NCBI GenBank assembly: GCA_963822965.1
Contig: CAWGJT010000005.1
Coordinates: 832,001 to 896,000 of the forward strand
Length of the DNA: 64,000 nt
Source of the DNA: an uncultured delta proteobacterium
GTDB lineage: Bacteria > Myxococcota_A > UBA9160 > UBA4427
Reading direction: 5' to 3'
A program made the translations under genes and the position numbers. Below the pieces are notes generated by a model that did no database searches, was not told the DNA's origin, and was given only the letters and a program-made list of their open reading frames with translations. Below are positions 30,224 through 39,947 of this stretch, piece by piece; within the stretch, counting starts at the first letter, position 1, and every line of letters begins with the position of its first letter.

Positions 30224-31007
30224 ATGCGACGCTACGGCAGGCTGTCCCTCTGCACGGCGCTGGCTTCGGCCAGCGCCGTGCTTGCGTGTGCGGGGGCCGC
30301 GCCGGAGCCCGAAGCCGCGGAGCCCCCGGGCTGGCTCCAGACGGCACCCGAGGGCTGTGCGGTGGGCTTCTCCGGCCCCACCCTGAACCCGGGCGACGCC
30401 ATCCGCTACGCGCGCCAGGCGGCGCTCCGTCAGCTCGCCGCCGTCGACGCCGACACGCGCATCCGCGTCGAGAGCGAGCTGCTGGTGGGCAGCGAGCGGG
30501 GCGGTGAGTTCACCCGCCAGGACCTCGAGGGCACCGTGCGCAACAGCCGCATCGTCGCCATGTGGGCCGAGCGCACGAGCGACCCCACCTCGCAGACCAG
30601 GGTGCGCCACGTCTACGCGATGGCGTGTCACCCGGACGCCGCGGCGAGCGGCGACCTCGCGCCGCCGTTCCCCGAGTGGCTGCTGAACCTGCCCGACCGG
30701 CCGGGAGAGATCTGCGCGATCGGCGTCGGCGGCCCCACCTGGGACCCGCGAGACCAGCGAGCCCGCCACCCTGCGCGACGCCCAGAAGGCGCTGGCGGAG
30801 GCGCTCGAGAGCCGCCTGCACCAGGTCATCATCGATACGGGCGCACACAACCCGCGCGTGGCCTCGCGAGCTGGACACGCCCGAGACGGCCGTCGCCCGA
30901 GCCGCGGCCGCGCGGGAGCTGGACGAGACGGTGGAGCGACGACGGACGGATCGGGCCCGCTGAGCCTCAAGGGCGTCCTGTACGGGCTCGTGTGCATCCC
31001 GCTGTGA
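30224..31007 (+). CDS. LPP20-like lipoprotein with two P-x-W modules (frameshifted)
   Basis: Lipobox 'VLAC'; 'PPGWL..CAVGFSGPT' and 'FPEWL..CAIGVGGPT'; ends 'VLYGLVCIPL*' in a shifted frame. Confidence 0.55.
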
Positions 31008-31122
31008 GACCGGCCGCCGCCCGCGCGACGCCGACGGCGCTCAAGCGAAGGCGCCGGCTCTGCGATGAGTTTCCCGCAGCGGCGAGTTGTTAGACTCCTG
31101 CCAACTGGCCGCGGAGGGGGAC

Positions 31123-32997
31123 GTGGCACCCGACGAAGACACCCACGCGACGGCCGGCGCAGCGTCCGGGGACCACGAGGACTCCGGCGCCCTCGGGCTC
31201 ACGGGCAAGCTCCTGATGGGCCGCTATCGGGTCGAGTCCCGGCTCGGACAGGGCGGCATGGCGGCCGGTCTACCGCGCGAAGGACGAGCGCCTGAAGCCG
31301 CACCGTGGTGGTGAAGGTGCCCCACGCCGCGCTGCTCGTGGACGCGGGCTTCCGCAAGCGCTTCGCCGCCGAGGTGAACAACCTCGCGAAGCTCGAGCAC
31401 CCGCACATCATCCCCATCCACGACGTGGGCGAGCACGACGGCGTGCCGTTCGCGGTGGTGCAGTTCCTGCGCGGGCGGCGACCTGGTCGACCGCATCCGC
31501 GACGGCCGGCGGCCGGCTCACTCCCGAGCAGGTGCTCGAGTGGCTGCCCCGGGTCGCGGACGCCCTCGACTACGTCCGCGGACGAGGCTTCCTGCACCGG
31601 GACGTCAGCCCGGGCAACATCATCTTCGACGACCACGGCAACGCCCATCTCTCGGACTTCGGCATCGCGACGGCGGTGAGCGCCAACGACCCGGACGAGA
31701 CCCTGCAGGAGTACAGCAACCTCACCAAGCCCGGCGGGTTCGTGGGCGACGCCACCTACGCGCCCCCGGAATCCATCGAGCGCAAGCTCAACCCGGCCTA
31801 CGACCAGTACAGCCTGGGCGTCGTGGTCTACGAGGCGCTCTCGGGCACGCTGCCCTTCGACCGCGGCTCCTCGGAGGCGATGCTGGTGGCGAAGAACACC
31901 CAGCCGCCCGTCCCCCTGGACCAGAAGATCCAGGGGCTGCCGCCGGGCGTCGTGGCGGCGGTGATGCGCGCCATCTCCAAGGACCCCGGCAAGCGCTTCG
32001 AGTCCGCAGCGGCCTTCACCGAGGCCTTCCGCGAAGGCCTCGGCCAGCAGGCCGCCGAGACCCAGGTGGCGCCGCCCCTGGCCGACCATCCGGGAACGGT
32101 GGTGGTGGACGTGAGCGCAGCACGAGCGCAAGCGCTCCGTGCCGTGGGCGGGGATCGCGGTGGTGGCGCTGCTCCTCGCCGCGGGGAGCGCTGCCTGGGT
32201 GTTCGAGCCCTGGAAGGGCGCAGCCCTTGCCCGACCTGCCCCTCGCATCCGGCGACACGCCTGCAGCGGCCGCGGCGGACAGCCCGGTGGAGTTCACCGC
32301 CGGCAGCTCACCGGCAGAGAAGGAGGCCGCCTTCGAGCTCTGCCAGCGGCTGATGGGCAGCGACTGCAAGCGCGAGGACTACGCGGACGAGGCCATGCGG
32401 ACCGTCACCATCGCGCCCATCGCATTCGACGATCACGAGGTGACGAACCGCGAGTTCGCGGACTTCGTCTCCGAGACCGGCTACCGCACCACCGCCGAGC
32501 AGGCGGGCTTCAGCTGGGACCCCACCTTCAAGGGAACCGATCTCAGCTGGCGGGCACCCACTCGGGACGTCTCCTACCGGGACCGGATGGACCACCCGGT
32601 GGTGCACGTGAGCGCCCGCGACGCCGCCGCCTACTGCGAGCACGTGGGTGGGCGGCTGCCGAGCGAGGACGAGTGGGAGTACGGAGCCCGCGGCAGCGAG
32701 CGACGGATGTTCCCATGGGGAGACGAATGGGACCCGGATCGCGCCGTCTGGAAGACCGACGGCACCCGGCCCGTCGGCTCCCATCCCGAAGGCGCGAGCT
32801 GGAACGGCCTGCAGGACATGGCGGGCAACGTCTGGGAGTGGACTTCGACGACGACCCCGCGGCAGACTCCCATCGTGAAGGGCGGCTCTTGGTTCGAGGC
32901 CGACGGCGCGCTGCTGCGCGGCGCCACCCGCATGGAGCTCGAGAACAGCAATTGGACCAGCGCCGACGTAGGCTTCCGCTGCGTCCACGACCGCTGA
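31123..32997 (+). CDS. Hanks-type Ser/Thr protein kinase with TM and C-terminal FGE-sulfatase (SUMF1) domain (frameshifted)
   Basis: 'LGQGGM', 'VVKV', 'HRDVSPGN', 'DFG', 'YAPPE', 'DQYSLG'; FGE motifs 'RLPSEDEWEYGARG', 'DMAGNVWEW', 'GFRC'. Confidence 0.85.
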
Positions 32998-33071
32998 ACG
33001 CGGCGCCCGGTCAGAGGAAAAGCGGAGCGGAAGCCAGAGAGAAGAGAGAGAGAGAGAGGAAGGAGATCCGC

Positions 33072-33656
33072 ATGACTCCCCGCAAGCTGACGATCCTGCT
33101 GCCGGCACTCCTGCTGCTCGGCGCCTCCGCGGCGGTCGCAGACCCGGACGCGGAGACGGCCGCCGCCATTCAGCGCCACTTCGCCCAGTCCGCCAAGGAC
33201 GCCGGCACGACGGCCAGCCCCGCGAAGGCCGAACCCACCGAATCGCCCGAAGCCCTGGTCAACTACTTCACCACCGACGTGCCCGAGGACATCACCGTCG
33301 CCGCGCGCCGTCCCCACGTCGATCTCGACATCACGTTCGACTTCGACTCGGCCGACCTCAACAAGGACGGCATCGCCCAGCTCGACACGGCGGGCCAGGC
33401 CCTGAACGACCCGCGCCTCGCGAGCCGGCGCTTCATGCTCGGCGGACACACCGACGACCTCGGCGACGCCGAGTACAACCGAGAGCTCTCGGAGAAGCGC
33501 GCCGAATCCGCCAAGCGCTATCTCATCGAGGTGTACGACATCGATCCCGCCCGCCTCGAGACCGCAGGCTTCGGCTCCCAGCACCCGAAGGACCCCCGAC
33601 ACACCCCGGAGGCGCGCAAGCGCAATCGACGGGTGGTGCTGGAGATGATCGAGTAG
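33072..33656 (+). CDS. Periplasmic OmpA-family peptidoglycan-binding protein
   Basis: Signal peptide; 'ITFDFDSA', 'GHTDDLG..YNRELSEKRA', 'NRRV'. Confidence 0.88.
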   Translation: MTPRKLTILLPALLLLGASAAVADPDAETAAAIQRHFAQSAKDAGTTASPAKAEPTESPEALVNYFTTDVPEDITVAARRPHVDLDITFDFDSADLNKDGIAQLDTAGQALNDPRLASRRFMLGGHTDDLGDAEYNRELSEKRAESAKRYLIEVYDIDPARLETAGFGSQHPKDPRHTPEARKRNRRVVLEMIE

Positions 33657-33734
33657 CACCGGGCCGAGGCTGGCCTTCGCGGCCGGCATCCGCGAGCATC
33701 TCCGCCCGGTCCCCGACCCGACGGAGAGACGCCC

Positions 33735-34955
33735 ATGGATCTCCCGATCCGCCCGATCCCCTTCGACCGACGCAACGAGTTCCGCGTCGCCACCGCCTAC
33801 GCGTTCGCCTGGGACGAGGGGCTGCTGGGCGACGAGCCCGACCCCGACTTCGACCCCCTGCACGAGGCCGAGCGCACGCGCGGCGCCTTCGACGGCGACG
33901 AGCTCGTGGGCACCCTCGCGGTCTACAGCCTCGAGCTGACGGTGCCCGGCGCCTCGCTCCCCACGGCCGGAACCACCGGCGTCACCGTCCGCCCCACCCA
34001 CCGCCGACGCGGCCTGCTGCGCGCCCTCATGCGGGCCCACTTCGAAGACGTGCGCGAGCGCGGCGAGCCCCTGGCCGCCCTGTGGGCCAGCGAGAGCGCC
34101 ATCTACCACCGCTTCGGCTACGGGGTGGCGGCGCCGCTCTGCAGCGAGCAGATCGACCGCGCCCACACGGCCTTCGTCCCCACCGCCCACGCCCGCGGAC
34201 GCTGCCGCATGATCGGGCGCGAGGAAGCCCAGGCGGTGCTGCCCATTCTCTACGAACGCATCCGCCAGGGCCGCCCGGGCATGATGAGCCGCAGCGACGC
34301 CTGGTGGCGTCACCGCATCCTGCTGGACGCTCCCTGGCAGCGCGGCGGCGCCACGCCCCATCGCCGCATCCTGTACGAGCAGGGAGGCGAGGCCCGCGGC
34401 TACCTCTTCTACCGCACCCGCGCCGACAAGCAGACCCAGAGCGCCATCGTCACCGAGCTCGCCGGCCTCGACGGCGAGGCCGAGCGGGGCCTCTACGACC
34501 TGGCCTGCCACCTCGACCTCCCCGAGTCGATCCTGCTGTGGAACCAGCCCGCCGACAGCCCCCTCTCCCACCTGCTGGTCGACCCGAGGCGCCTGCGGCG
34601 CACCGTGCGCGACGCGCTCTGGGTGCGGCCCATGGACGTGGCCGCCGCCCTGACGGGACGCGCGTACGCCGCCGAGGGAAGGCTCACCCTCGCGGTGCGC
34701 GACGGGTTCCTGCCGGACAACGAGGGCGCCTACGCGCTGGACGCCGGCCCCAACGGGGCCACCTGCAAGGCCGTGAAGACCGGCAGCCCGGACGTGGAGC
34801 TCGACGTGGCGGACCTCGGCGCCGCGTACCTGGGCGGCGTGGGCTTCCGGACGCTGGCCCGGGCCGGGCGCGTGCGCGGCAGCCCCGAGGCGCTGGCCCG
34901 GGCCGACGCGATGTTCGCCTGGGACCCGCCGCCGTGGAACCCGGAGGTCTTCTAG
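33735..34955 (+). CDS. Eis-like GNAT acetyltransferase
   Basis: 'VTVRPTHRRRGLLRALM', 'LWASESAIYHRFGYG', SCP2-like C-terminus, terminal 'EVF'. Confidence 0.88.
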   Translation: MDLPIRPIPFDRRNEFRVATAYAFAWDEGLLGDEPDPDFDPLHEAERTRGAFDGDELVGTLAVYSLELTVPGASLPTAGTTGVTVRPTHRRRGLLRALMRAHFEDVRERGEPLAALWASESAIYHRFGYGVAAPLCSEQIDRAHTAFVPTAHARGRCRMIGREEAQAVLPILYERIRQGRPGMMSRSDAWWRHRILLDAPWQRGGATPHRRILYEQGGEARGYLFYRTRADKQTQSAIVTELAGLDGEAERGLYDLACHLDLPESILLWNQPADSPLSHLLVDPRRLRRTVRDALWVRPMDVAAALTGRAYAAEGRLTLAVRDGFLPDNEGAYALDAGPNGATCKAVKTGSPDVELDVADLGAAYLGGVGFRTLARAGRVRGSPEALARADAMFAWDPPPWNPEVF

Positions 34956-36620
34956 CTACTTCCCGTCCGGGAAGCGCCGATCGTAGCTGTGTTGGGGCTG
35001 TTGTCCGATCGGATCGGACCCCGAGAGTAGCGATCTCGAGGTTGGTGGCATGGGTTGGGATCCTGCGAAGAAGCTGTTTTCGATGTGCGGACGGACGTGT
35101 CCCCCGATCGAGCGCCGCTCCGGGGGTTCAGGCGAACTCGCGAGCGAGCAGGTGCCGCGCCATGGCTACGAGGTTGAAGCTCGTGACGCTCGACCAGACG
35201 TAGGACTTGAAGGAGTCGGCGCCTCGCCAGGTGCATCGGCCCATCTGGAAGGCCCGCTTGAGTGTCGAGATGACGCCCTCGATACCTGATCGGAAGTCCC
35301 GAAGCCGTCGGAAGACCCAGGCGCTCCGCACCATCTCGTGGATCTCGAGCCCGCTCTTCTTGTTGAAGGCCATGTCTTCGACCCCGAAGGTCTTGGCCGT
35401 CGCCACGTTGACCTTCGAAGCGAAGCCCCCGTCCATGGCCACCTGTCGCGGCGCCTTGCCGAACAGATTCACGTGGCGTTCGAGCGTGCGCGCCACCAGG
35501 GTGGAGTCCGTCGGGTTGCCATCCTCGACGACGCAGTCGAGGATGAGGGACGACTTGCCACCGGTCAGGCAGACCTTGTGGCCGTAGTGGGTCGCTCGGT
35601 TGTCCTTGACGAGGATGTCGGCGTGCGGCTCGAAGATCGACACGATCTTCTCGGCGGCAGGCACGCGTTCATCCTCCAGGACGCGGCGCCGAGCCTGGTC
35701 GATGACACGCGCTACGAGGGGCAGAACGGCCAGGAGCTCTTCACGAAGGGATGCCAGCGACTCCACGTCGGCGACCCGCTCGACGATGCTCCAGGCGGCT
35801 GCGTAGACTTCCTCCGTGGCGCCGATCATCGAGCGGTAGCTCGCAACCAGGTCGATCGAGCGACGATGGAACTTGATCGCGTAAGCGCGGCGCTTCACGC
35901 TACGACGACGATCGGGGAAGGCCTTGCGCAGCGAAGGGCGCTGCTTCGCCATCCGCCGCAGGATCCGGGTCATGACCCGCACCCCATCCCACAGCAACGC
36001 GGAGTCCGCAGGCTCGTGGATGTTCGCCTCGACGACCGTCGTGTCGGTGCGGATCGTCTCGCCCCGCTCGATCCCCTGGCTTCTTGCGAAGCCGATCAGC
36101 ACCCGGTGGAGGGCTTCCCAGGTCTCGGGCTGGATCCGCTTGACGTTGTCCTGAAGGGTCTGGAAGCGCGGCCACGCGTCGAGCCCGAGGCCCACGAAGC
36201 TTCGGAAGGCGGCCGAGTCCTGCAGGTGGAACTCGAGCTCGCGGTAGCTCAGCCCGTGGATCTGCTTCAGCACCGCGATCCGAAGGACCTGGTCGCCGCT
36301 CAGCCCACGCCGCCCCGTGTCGGAACGCCGCTCGCCGACCAGGTCCCGGTGGACGAACGACCCAAGTTGCGGATGGGCCTCAAGGATCCTGGCGATCATC
36401 TGCAGCTCTCGAGTATGCTGGTGGGGACCCCAGGTGGGCGTGAGTGACAGCTGGTTTTCTCGGAATTGGCGCATCGCTTCACCCCCCGGTTTGCGATTTG
36501 CTGTGTATGTTCGGGCGTTTGGCAACACCTAACATACACCGATCGCGACACGATCGGGAGGCGTGGTTGCGCCAATTCCTTTTCTACCCGGTGACTTACG
36601 AGTTCCCGGACGGGAAGTAG
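34956..36620 (-). mobile_element. Insertion sequence (ISNCY/IS5-like DDE), complete
   Basis: Perfect 18-bp terminal inverted repeats CTACTTCCCGTCCGGGAA (34956-34973, 36603-36620) flanked by CTAG direct repeats. Confidence 0.92.
35128..36474 (-). CDS. DDE transposase (ISNCY/IS5-like)
   Basis: 'LSYRELEFHL', 'TDTTVVEANIHEP.DS', 'MDGGF', 'RSGIEGVISTLKR'. Confidence 0.9.
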   Translation of the reverse strand: MRQFRENQLSLTPTWGPHQHTRELQMIARILEAHPQLGSFVHRDLVGERRSDTGRRGLSGDQVLRIAVLKQIHGLSYRELEFHLQDSAAFRSFVGLGLDAWPRFQTLQDNVKRIQPETWEALHRVLIGFARSQGIERGETIRTDTTVVEANIHEPADSALLWDGVRVMTRILRRMAKQRPSLRKAFPDRRRSVKRRAYAIKFHRRSIDLVASYRSMIGATEEVYAAAWSIVERVADVESLASLREELLAVLPLVARVIDQARRRVLEDERVPAAEKIVSIFEPHADILVKDNRATHYGHKVCLTGGKSSLILDCVVEDGNPTDSTLVARTLERHVNLFGKAPRQVAMDGGFASKVNVATAKTFGVEDMAFNKKSGLEIHEMVRSAWVFRRLRDFRSGIEGVISTLKRAFQMGRCTWRGADSFKSYVWSSVTSFNLVAMARHLLAREFA

Positions 36621-36692
36621 CTAGGAGCGCGACCCAAGACGAAGTCTCGGGTCGCGGTTCCGCCGCAAAGGGAGCCCAACGGGCTTCCTCGG
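36621..36692 (+). repeat. Dispersed two-hairpin repeat, copy 1
   Basis: CTAGGAGCGCGACCCAAGACGAAGTCTCGGGTCGCGGTTCCGCCGCA plus a second stem; homologous to 39642 and 50187. Confidence 0.8.
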
Positions 36693-36695
36693 CTG

Positions 36696-38100
36696 AGGAG
36701 CCTGACCCAAGACTCGCCATTTGGTAAGTATGGCGGTCATGGGGAGTGAGATCGAGTTCAAGGGGTACGAGCAGGAGCAGGGTCAGCTGTTTCCGGCGCA
36801 TCTGAGCGAAGCGCTGGATGCGGGGGACCCGGCGTTCTTCATCAACGACTTCGTGGAAGGCCTGGATCTGGAGGCTTTCGAGTCGCAGTACGCGGCGACG
36901 GGCGAGCGGGCTTACCCGCCGCGGATGCTGCTGAAGCTGTGGCTGTTCGGCGCGATCGCCGGGGTGTACAGCGGGCGGGAGATCGCGCGGCGGGTGCGTT
37001 GGGACCTGCGCTTCCGGTATCTGGCGGGGGGTCTGTCCCCCGACTTCCGGACGATCAACCGGTTCCGGGTGCGCCACCGCACGGCGTTCGCGTGGCTGTT
37101 CCGGGAGACGGTGCAGACGGCGCGGGTCGCAGGGATGGGTCGTCTGGGCCGGGTGGCGATCGACGGGACGAAGCTGCGAGCCAATACGTCGCGCCACAAG
37201 GCGATGAGCCACCGACGGATGAAGCAGGCGGAAGCGGAGCTGGAGGCCGAGATCCGGACGATCCTGAGGAAGCTCGATCAGGTGAACGATCGAGAAGATG
37301 ACGAGCACGGGGACGACGACGGCAGTGGGGGCTTGCCGGCGGAGCTGCAGGATCGGCAACGGCGGATCGAGAAGCTGCGGGCGGTGCGCGAGCAACTGGA
37401 GGCGGAACGGGGGGAGAAACTGAAGCCGAGCAGCCAGAAGAGCTTCGCGGATCCCGACGCCAACATGATGATGACGGGCGAGGGATCGCTGCAGTACTGC
37501 TACAACGCGCAGGTAGCGGTGAGCGAGGACGGCGTGATCGTGGCGACGGGCATGACCGACTCGCCCCTCGATGTGCAGCAGCTGGTCCCGATGGTGGAGG
37601 CGGTGAAGAAGACGACGGGGCGCAAGCCTGAGGTGGCCGTGGCAGACGCCGGCTATCTGAGCGAGTCGAACCTCGAGCAGCTCCACCGGAAGCGGCAGCG
37701 TTGCCTGGTGGCGGTGCGGGGCCGCAAGCCGCGCTCCTGGCCGCGCGGGCCTCACACCCAACGAATGCACCGGACCTTGCGACTGCCCTGGGCGAGGAGG
37801 ATCTACGACCACCGCAAGACCCAGGGCGAGCGTCCCTTCGCCGAGATCAAGCAGACGATGCGCTTCCGTCGCTTCGCCTTACGCGGCAGAGCCAACATCC
37901 GGGGCGAGTGGGACCTGGTGTGCGCGGCCGCCAACCTCCTGCACCTTCACCGAGTCGCAATGGCATGAAGGAGCGAGGTGCCACCGCCGTCCACGCCTTA
38001 GATGGCTCGACGAGCCCTGTGCGAGGACCCGAAACAACCCCCAGCCGCCACCAGAAGCCGCGCCAGTACCTCGTGGCGGCGCGTCTTGGGTCAGGCTCCT
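36696..38100 (+). mobile_element. IS1182-family insertion sequence
   Basis: 18-bp inverted repeats AGGAGCCTGACCCAAGAC (36696-36713, 38083-38100) around an IS1182-type transposase. Confidence 0.88.
36739..37968 (+). CDS. IS1182-family transposase
   Basis: 'AYPPRMLLKLWLFG', 'PDFRTINRFR', 'IDGTKLRAN', 'YNAQ', 'ADAGY', 'ERPFAEIK'. Confidence 0.92.
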   Translation: MGSEIEFKGYEQEQGQLFPAHLSEALDAGDPAFFINDFVEGLDLEAFESQYAATGERAYPPRMLLKLWLFGAIAGVYSGREIARRVRWDLRFRYLAGGLSPDFRTINRFRVRHRTAFAWLFRETVQTARVAGMGRLGRVAIDGTKLRANTSRHKAMSHRRMKQAEAELEAEIRTILRKLDQVNDREDDEHGDDDGSGGLPAELQDRQRRIEKLRAVREQLEAERGEKLKPSSQKSFADPDANMMMTGEGSLQYCYNAQVAVSEDGVIVATGMTDSPLDVQQLVPMVEAVKKTTGRKPEVAVADAGYLSESNLEQLHRKRQRCLVAVRGRKPRSWPRGPHTQRMHRTLRLPWARRIYDHRKTQGERPFAEIKQTMRFRRFALRGRANIRGEWDLVCAAANLLHLHRVAMA

Positions 38101-38121
38101 AGCCCCTGCTCGAGGAGACAG

Positions 38122-38481
38122 ATGCAGAAGGTGAATCTCGAGGAGAAGCTCGCGCTCTTCTCCGAGCACTGGAGCCCGAAGATCGTCGGCGAGCTCAACG
38201 GACAGCACGTCAAGCTCGCCAAGCTCCTGGGCGAGTTCGTCTGGCATCGACACGCGGACGAGGACGAGCTCTTCCTGGTGCTTCTCGGCAGCCTGGCGAT
38301 CCACCTGCGAGATCGGGTGGTGCACCTCGAGCCGGGAGAGCTCTTCATCGTGCCCAGGGGCGTCGAGCACAAGCCCGTCGCGGAGCGCGAGGCGCACGTT
38401 CTCCTGCTCGAGCCCGCGTCGACGCTCAATACCGGAGACGTCCGGAACGAGCGCACGGTCGACGCTCCCGAGCGGCTCTGA
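38122..38481 (+). CDS. Cupin domain protein
   Basis: 'GEFVWHRHADEDELF', 'VPRGVEHKP'; GAGGAG RBS. Confidence 0.9.
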   Translation: MQKVNLEEKLALFSEHWSPKIVGELNGQHVKLAKLLGEFVWHRHADEDELFLVLLGSLAIHLRDRVVHLEPGELFIVPRGVEHKPVAEREAHVLLLEPASTLNTGDVRNERTVDAPERL

Positions 38482-38487
38482 CGCCCG

Positions 38488-39012
38488 ATGGGTCTCGATC
38501 GGAGCCCCGGGCGGGCCCGGATCCAGGCGAGGCAAGTGGAGGTCCGGGCCGCGCGCCCGGGCGAGGCCGCATCCCTGGGCGAGCTGGCGCTCCGGTCCAA
38601 GGCGTACTGGGGCTACTCGCCGGAGTTCCTGGACTCCTGCCGGCAGGAGCTCTCGGTGTCCGAGGACGCCGTCCGGGACGGGATGGCGTTCGTGATCGAG
38701 GCGGACGCGAAGCTCGCCGGCTTCTACACCCTGGAGACCCCGACCCCACCTCGCGTCGAGCTGGGCCACCTCTTCGTCGAGCCGGACCAGATCGGCCGGG
38801 GCCTCGGCCGGCGGCTGCTGGACGACGCCGTCCGCCGGGCGCGAGGGCTCGGCTTCGAGATCCTCGTGATCCAGGGCGATCCTCACGCCGCGCCCTTCTA
38901 TGAGTCGTGCGGTGCGCGACGGATCGGCACGAAGCCGTCGGCGAGCCTCGAGGGGCGGGCGCTGCCCCTGTTCGAGCTGTCCCTCCGGTCGGGATTCCGG
39001 TCGCCGCTGTGA
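38488..39012 (+). CDS. GNAT N-acetyltransferase
   Basis: 'RSKAYWGYS', 'LFVEPDQIGRGLGRRL', 'DPHAAPFY'. Confidence 0.85.
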   Translation: MGLDRSPGRARIQARQVEVRAARPGEAASLGELALRSKAYWGYSPEFLDSCRQELSVSEDAVRDGMAFVIEADAKLAGFYTLETPTPPRVELGHLFVEPDQIGRGLGRRLLDDAVRRARGLGFEILVIQGDPHAAPFYESCGARRIGTKPSASLEGRALPLFELSLRSGFRSPL

Positions 39013-39120
39013 CGCGGCGCACGCAGACCCCATGCGGTGCGGTCGATCGTTGGCACCAGAGGGGACCCGGCCTCCGACAGGGAGCGGGTCTCCGGTACGC
39101 CATCCCGATCTGGAGGACCC

Positions 39121-39645
39121 ATGAATTCAATCCACCGTGCGCTTTCGACCGCATGCCTGTGTACGCTCCTGGCGCTGGGCTGTGCTTCGTCCAGGCAGTC
39201 CACCGAGCCCACCCCGGAGGTCGAGCCGACGCCCGTCGCCGACACCGACACCGAAGTGGGCGGCGCCCTCGCGCTCTCCGAGCCGGACGCCCCGGCGCTG
39301 GACCCGATCTACTTCGACACCGACCGCACTGCGCTCCGCGCGGAGGCCCGCGAGACGCTGAAGCGCTACGCGCAGCAGATCCAGCAGCACCCCGAATGGG
39401 GCGTCGTCACCATCGAGGGTCACTGCGACGAGCGAGGTAGCGAGGAGTACAACCTCGCGCTCGGCGGCAGGCGGGCCGCGGCTGTCGCGCGCTACCTGAG
39501 CGACCAGGGCGTGCCGGCAGCGCGTCTCGAGACCCGCACCTACGGCGAGGCCCGACCCGCCGCCCTGGGCCACAGCGAGGCCGCCTGGCGCCAGAATCGC
39601 CGCGCCGAGATGGAGAGCGAGACCGGCCACCTGGCTCGGCGCTAG
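39121..39645 (+). CDS. pal: Peptidoglycan-associated lipoprotein (Pal/OmpA family)
   Basis: Lipobox 'ALGC'; 'IYFDTD', 'IEGHCDERGSEEYNLALG.RRA', 'NRRAE'; no tol genes adjacent. Confidence 0.8.
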   Translation: MNSIHRALSTACLCTLLALGCASSRQSTEPTPEVEPTPVADTDTEVGGALALSEPDAPALDPIYFDTDRTALRAEARETLKRYAQQIQQHPEWGVVTIEGHCDERGSEEYNLALGGRRAAAVARYLSDQGVPAARLETRTYGEARPAALGHSEAAWRQNRRAEMESETGHLARR

Positions 39646-39714
39646 GAGCGCGACCCAGGACGAAGTCCTGGGTCTTGGTTCCGCCGCAAGCCGATCCACC
39701 CCGGGTCGGCTTGC
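39642..39714 (+). repeat. Dispersed two-hairpin repeat, copy 2
   Basis: CTAGGAGCGCGACCCAGGACGAAGTCCTGGGTCTTGGTTCCGCC-GCAAGCCGATCC..GGGTCGGCTTGC. Confidence 0.8.
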
Positions 39715-39947
39715 TCGTCGGGCCGCACCGCCCGCCGACCCCGGAAGGGGTCGGCGCGCCCACCGGCTCGGGCGTCGATTCGGACGCCCGAGCCAGGGCC
39801 GCCTGCACCTGCTGTCCGCCGGCTACGCGCCGAAGCGTGAGATCGTCCGACGACTCCTCGGTGTATCCCGGGTGTGCTAGCCTCGCGGACTCGACAGAGA
39901 CGCGCGGTCGGACCCGCTCCGAGCCGCCGAGCGGATGGACGGTGTGC

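Noticed and set aside
5315..33656. Type VI secretion cluster (FHA, kinase, FGE, OmpA)
   Set aside because: No core T6SS genes (tssB/C, hcp, vgrG, clpV, tssM) in the window.
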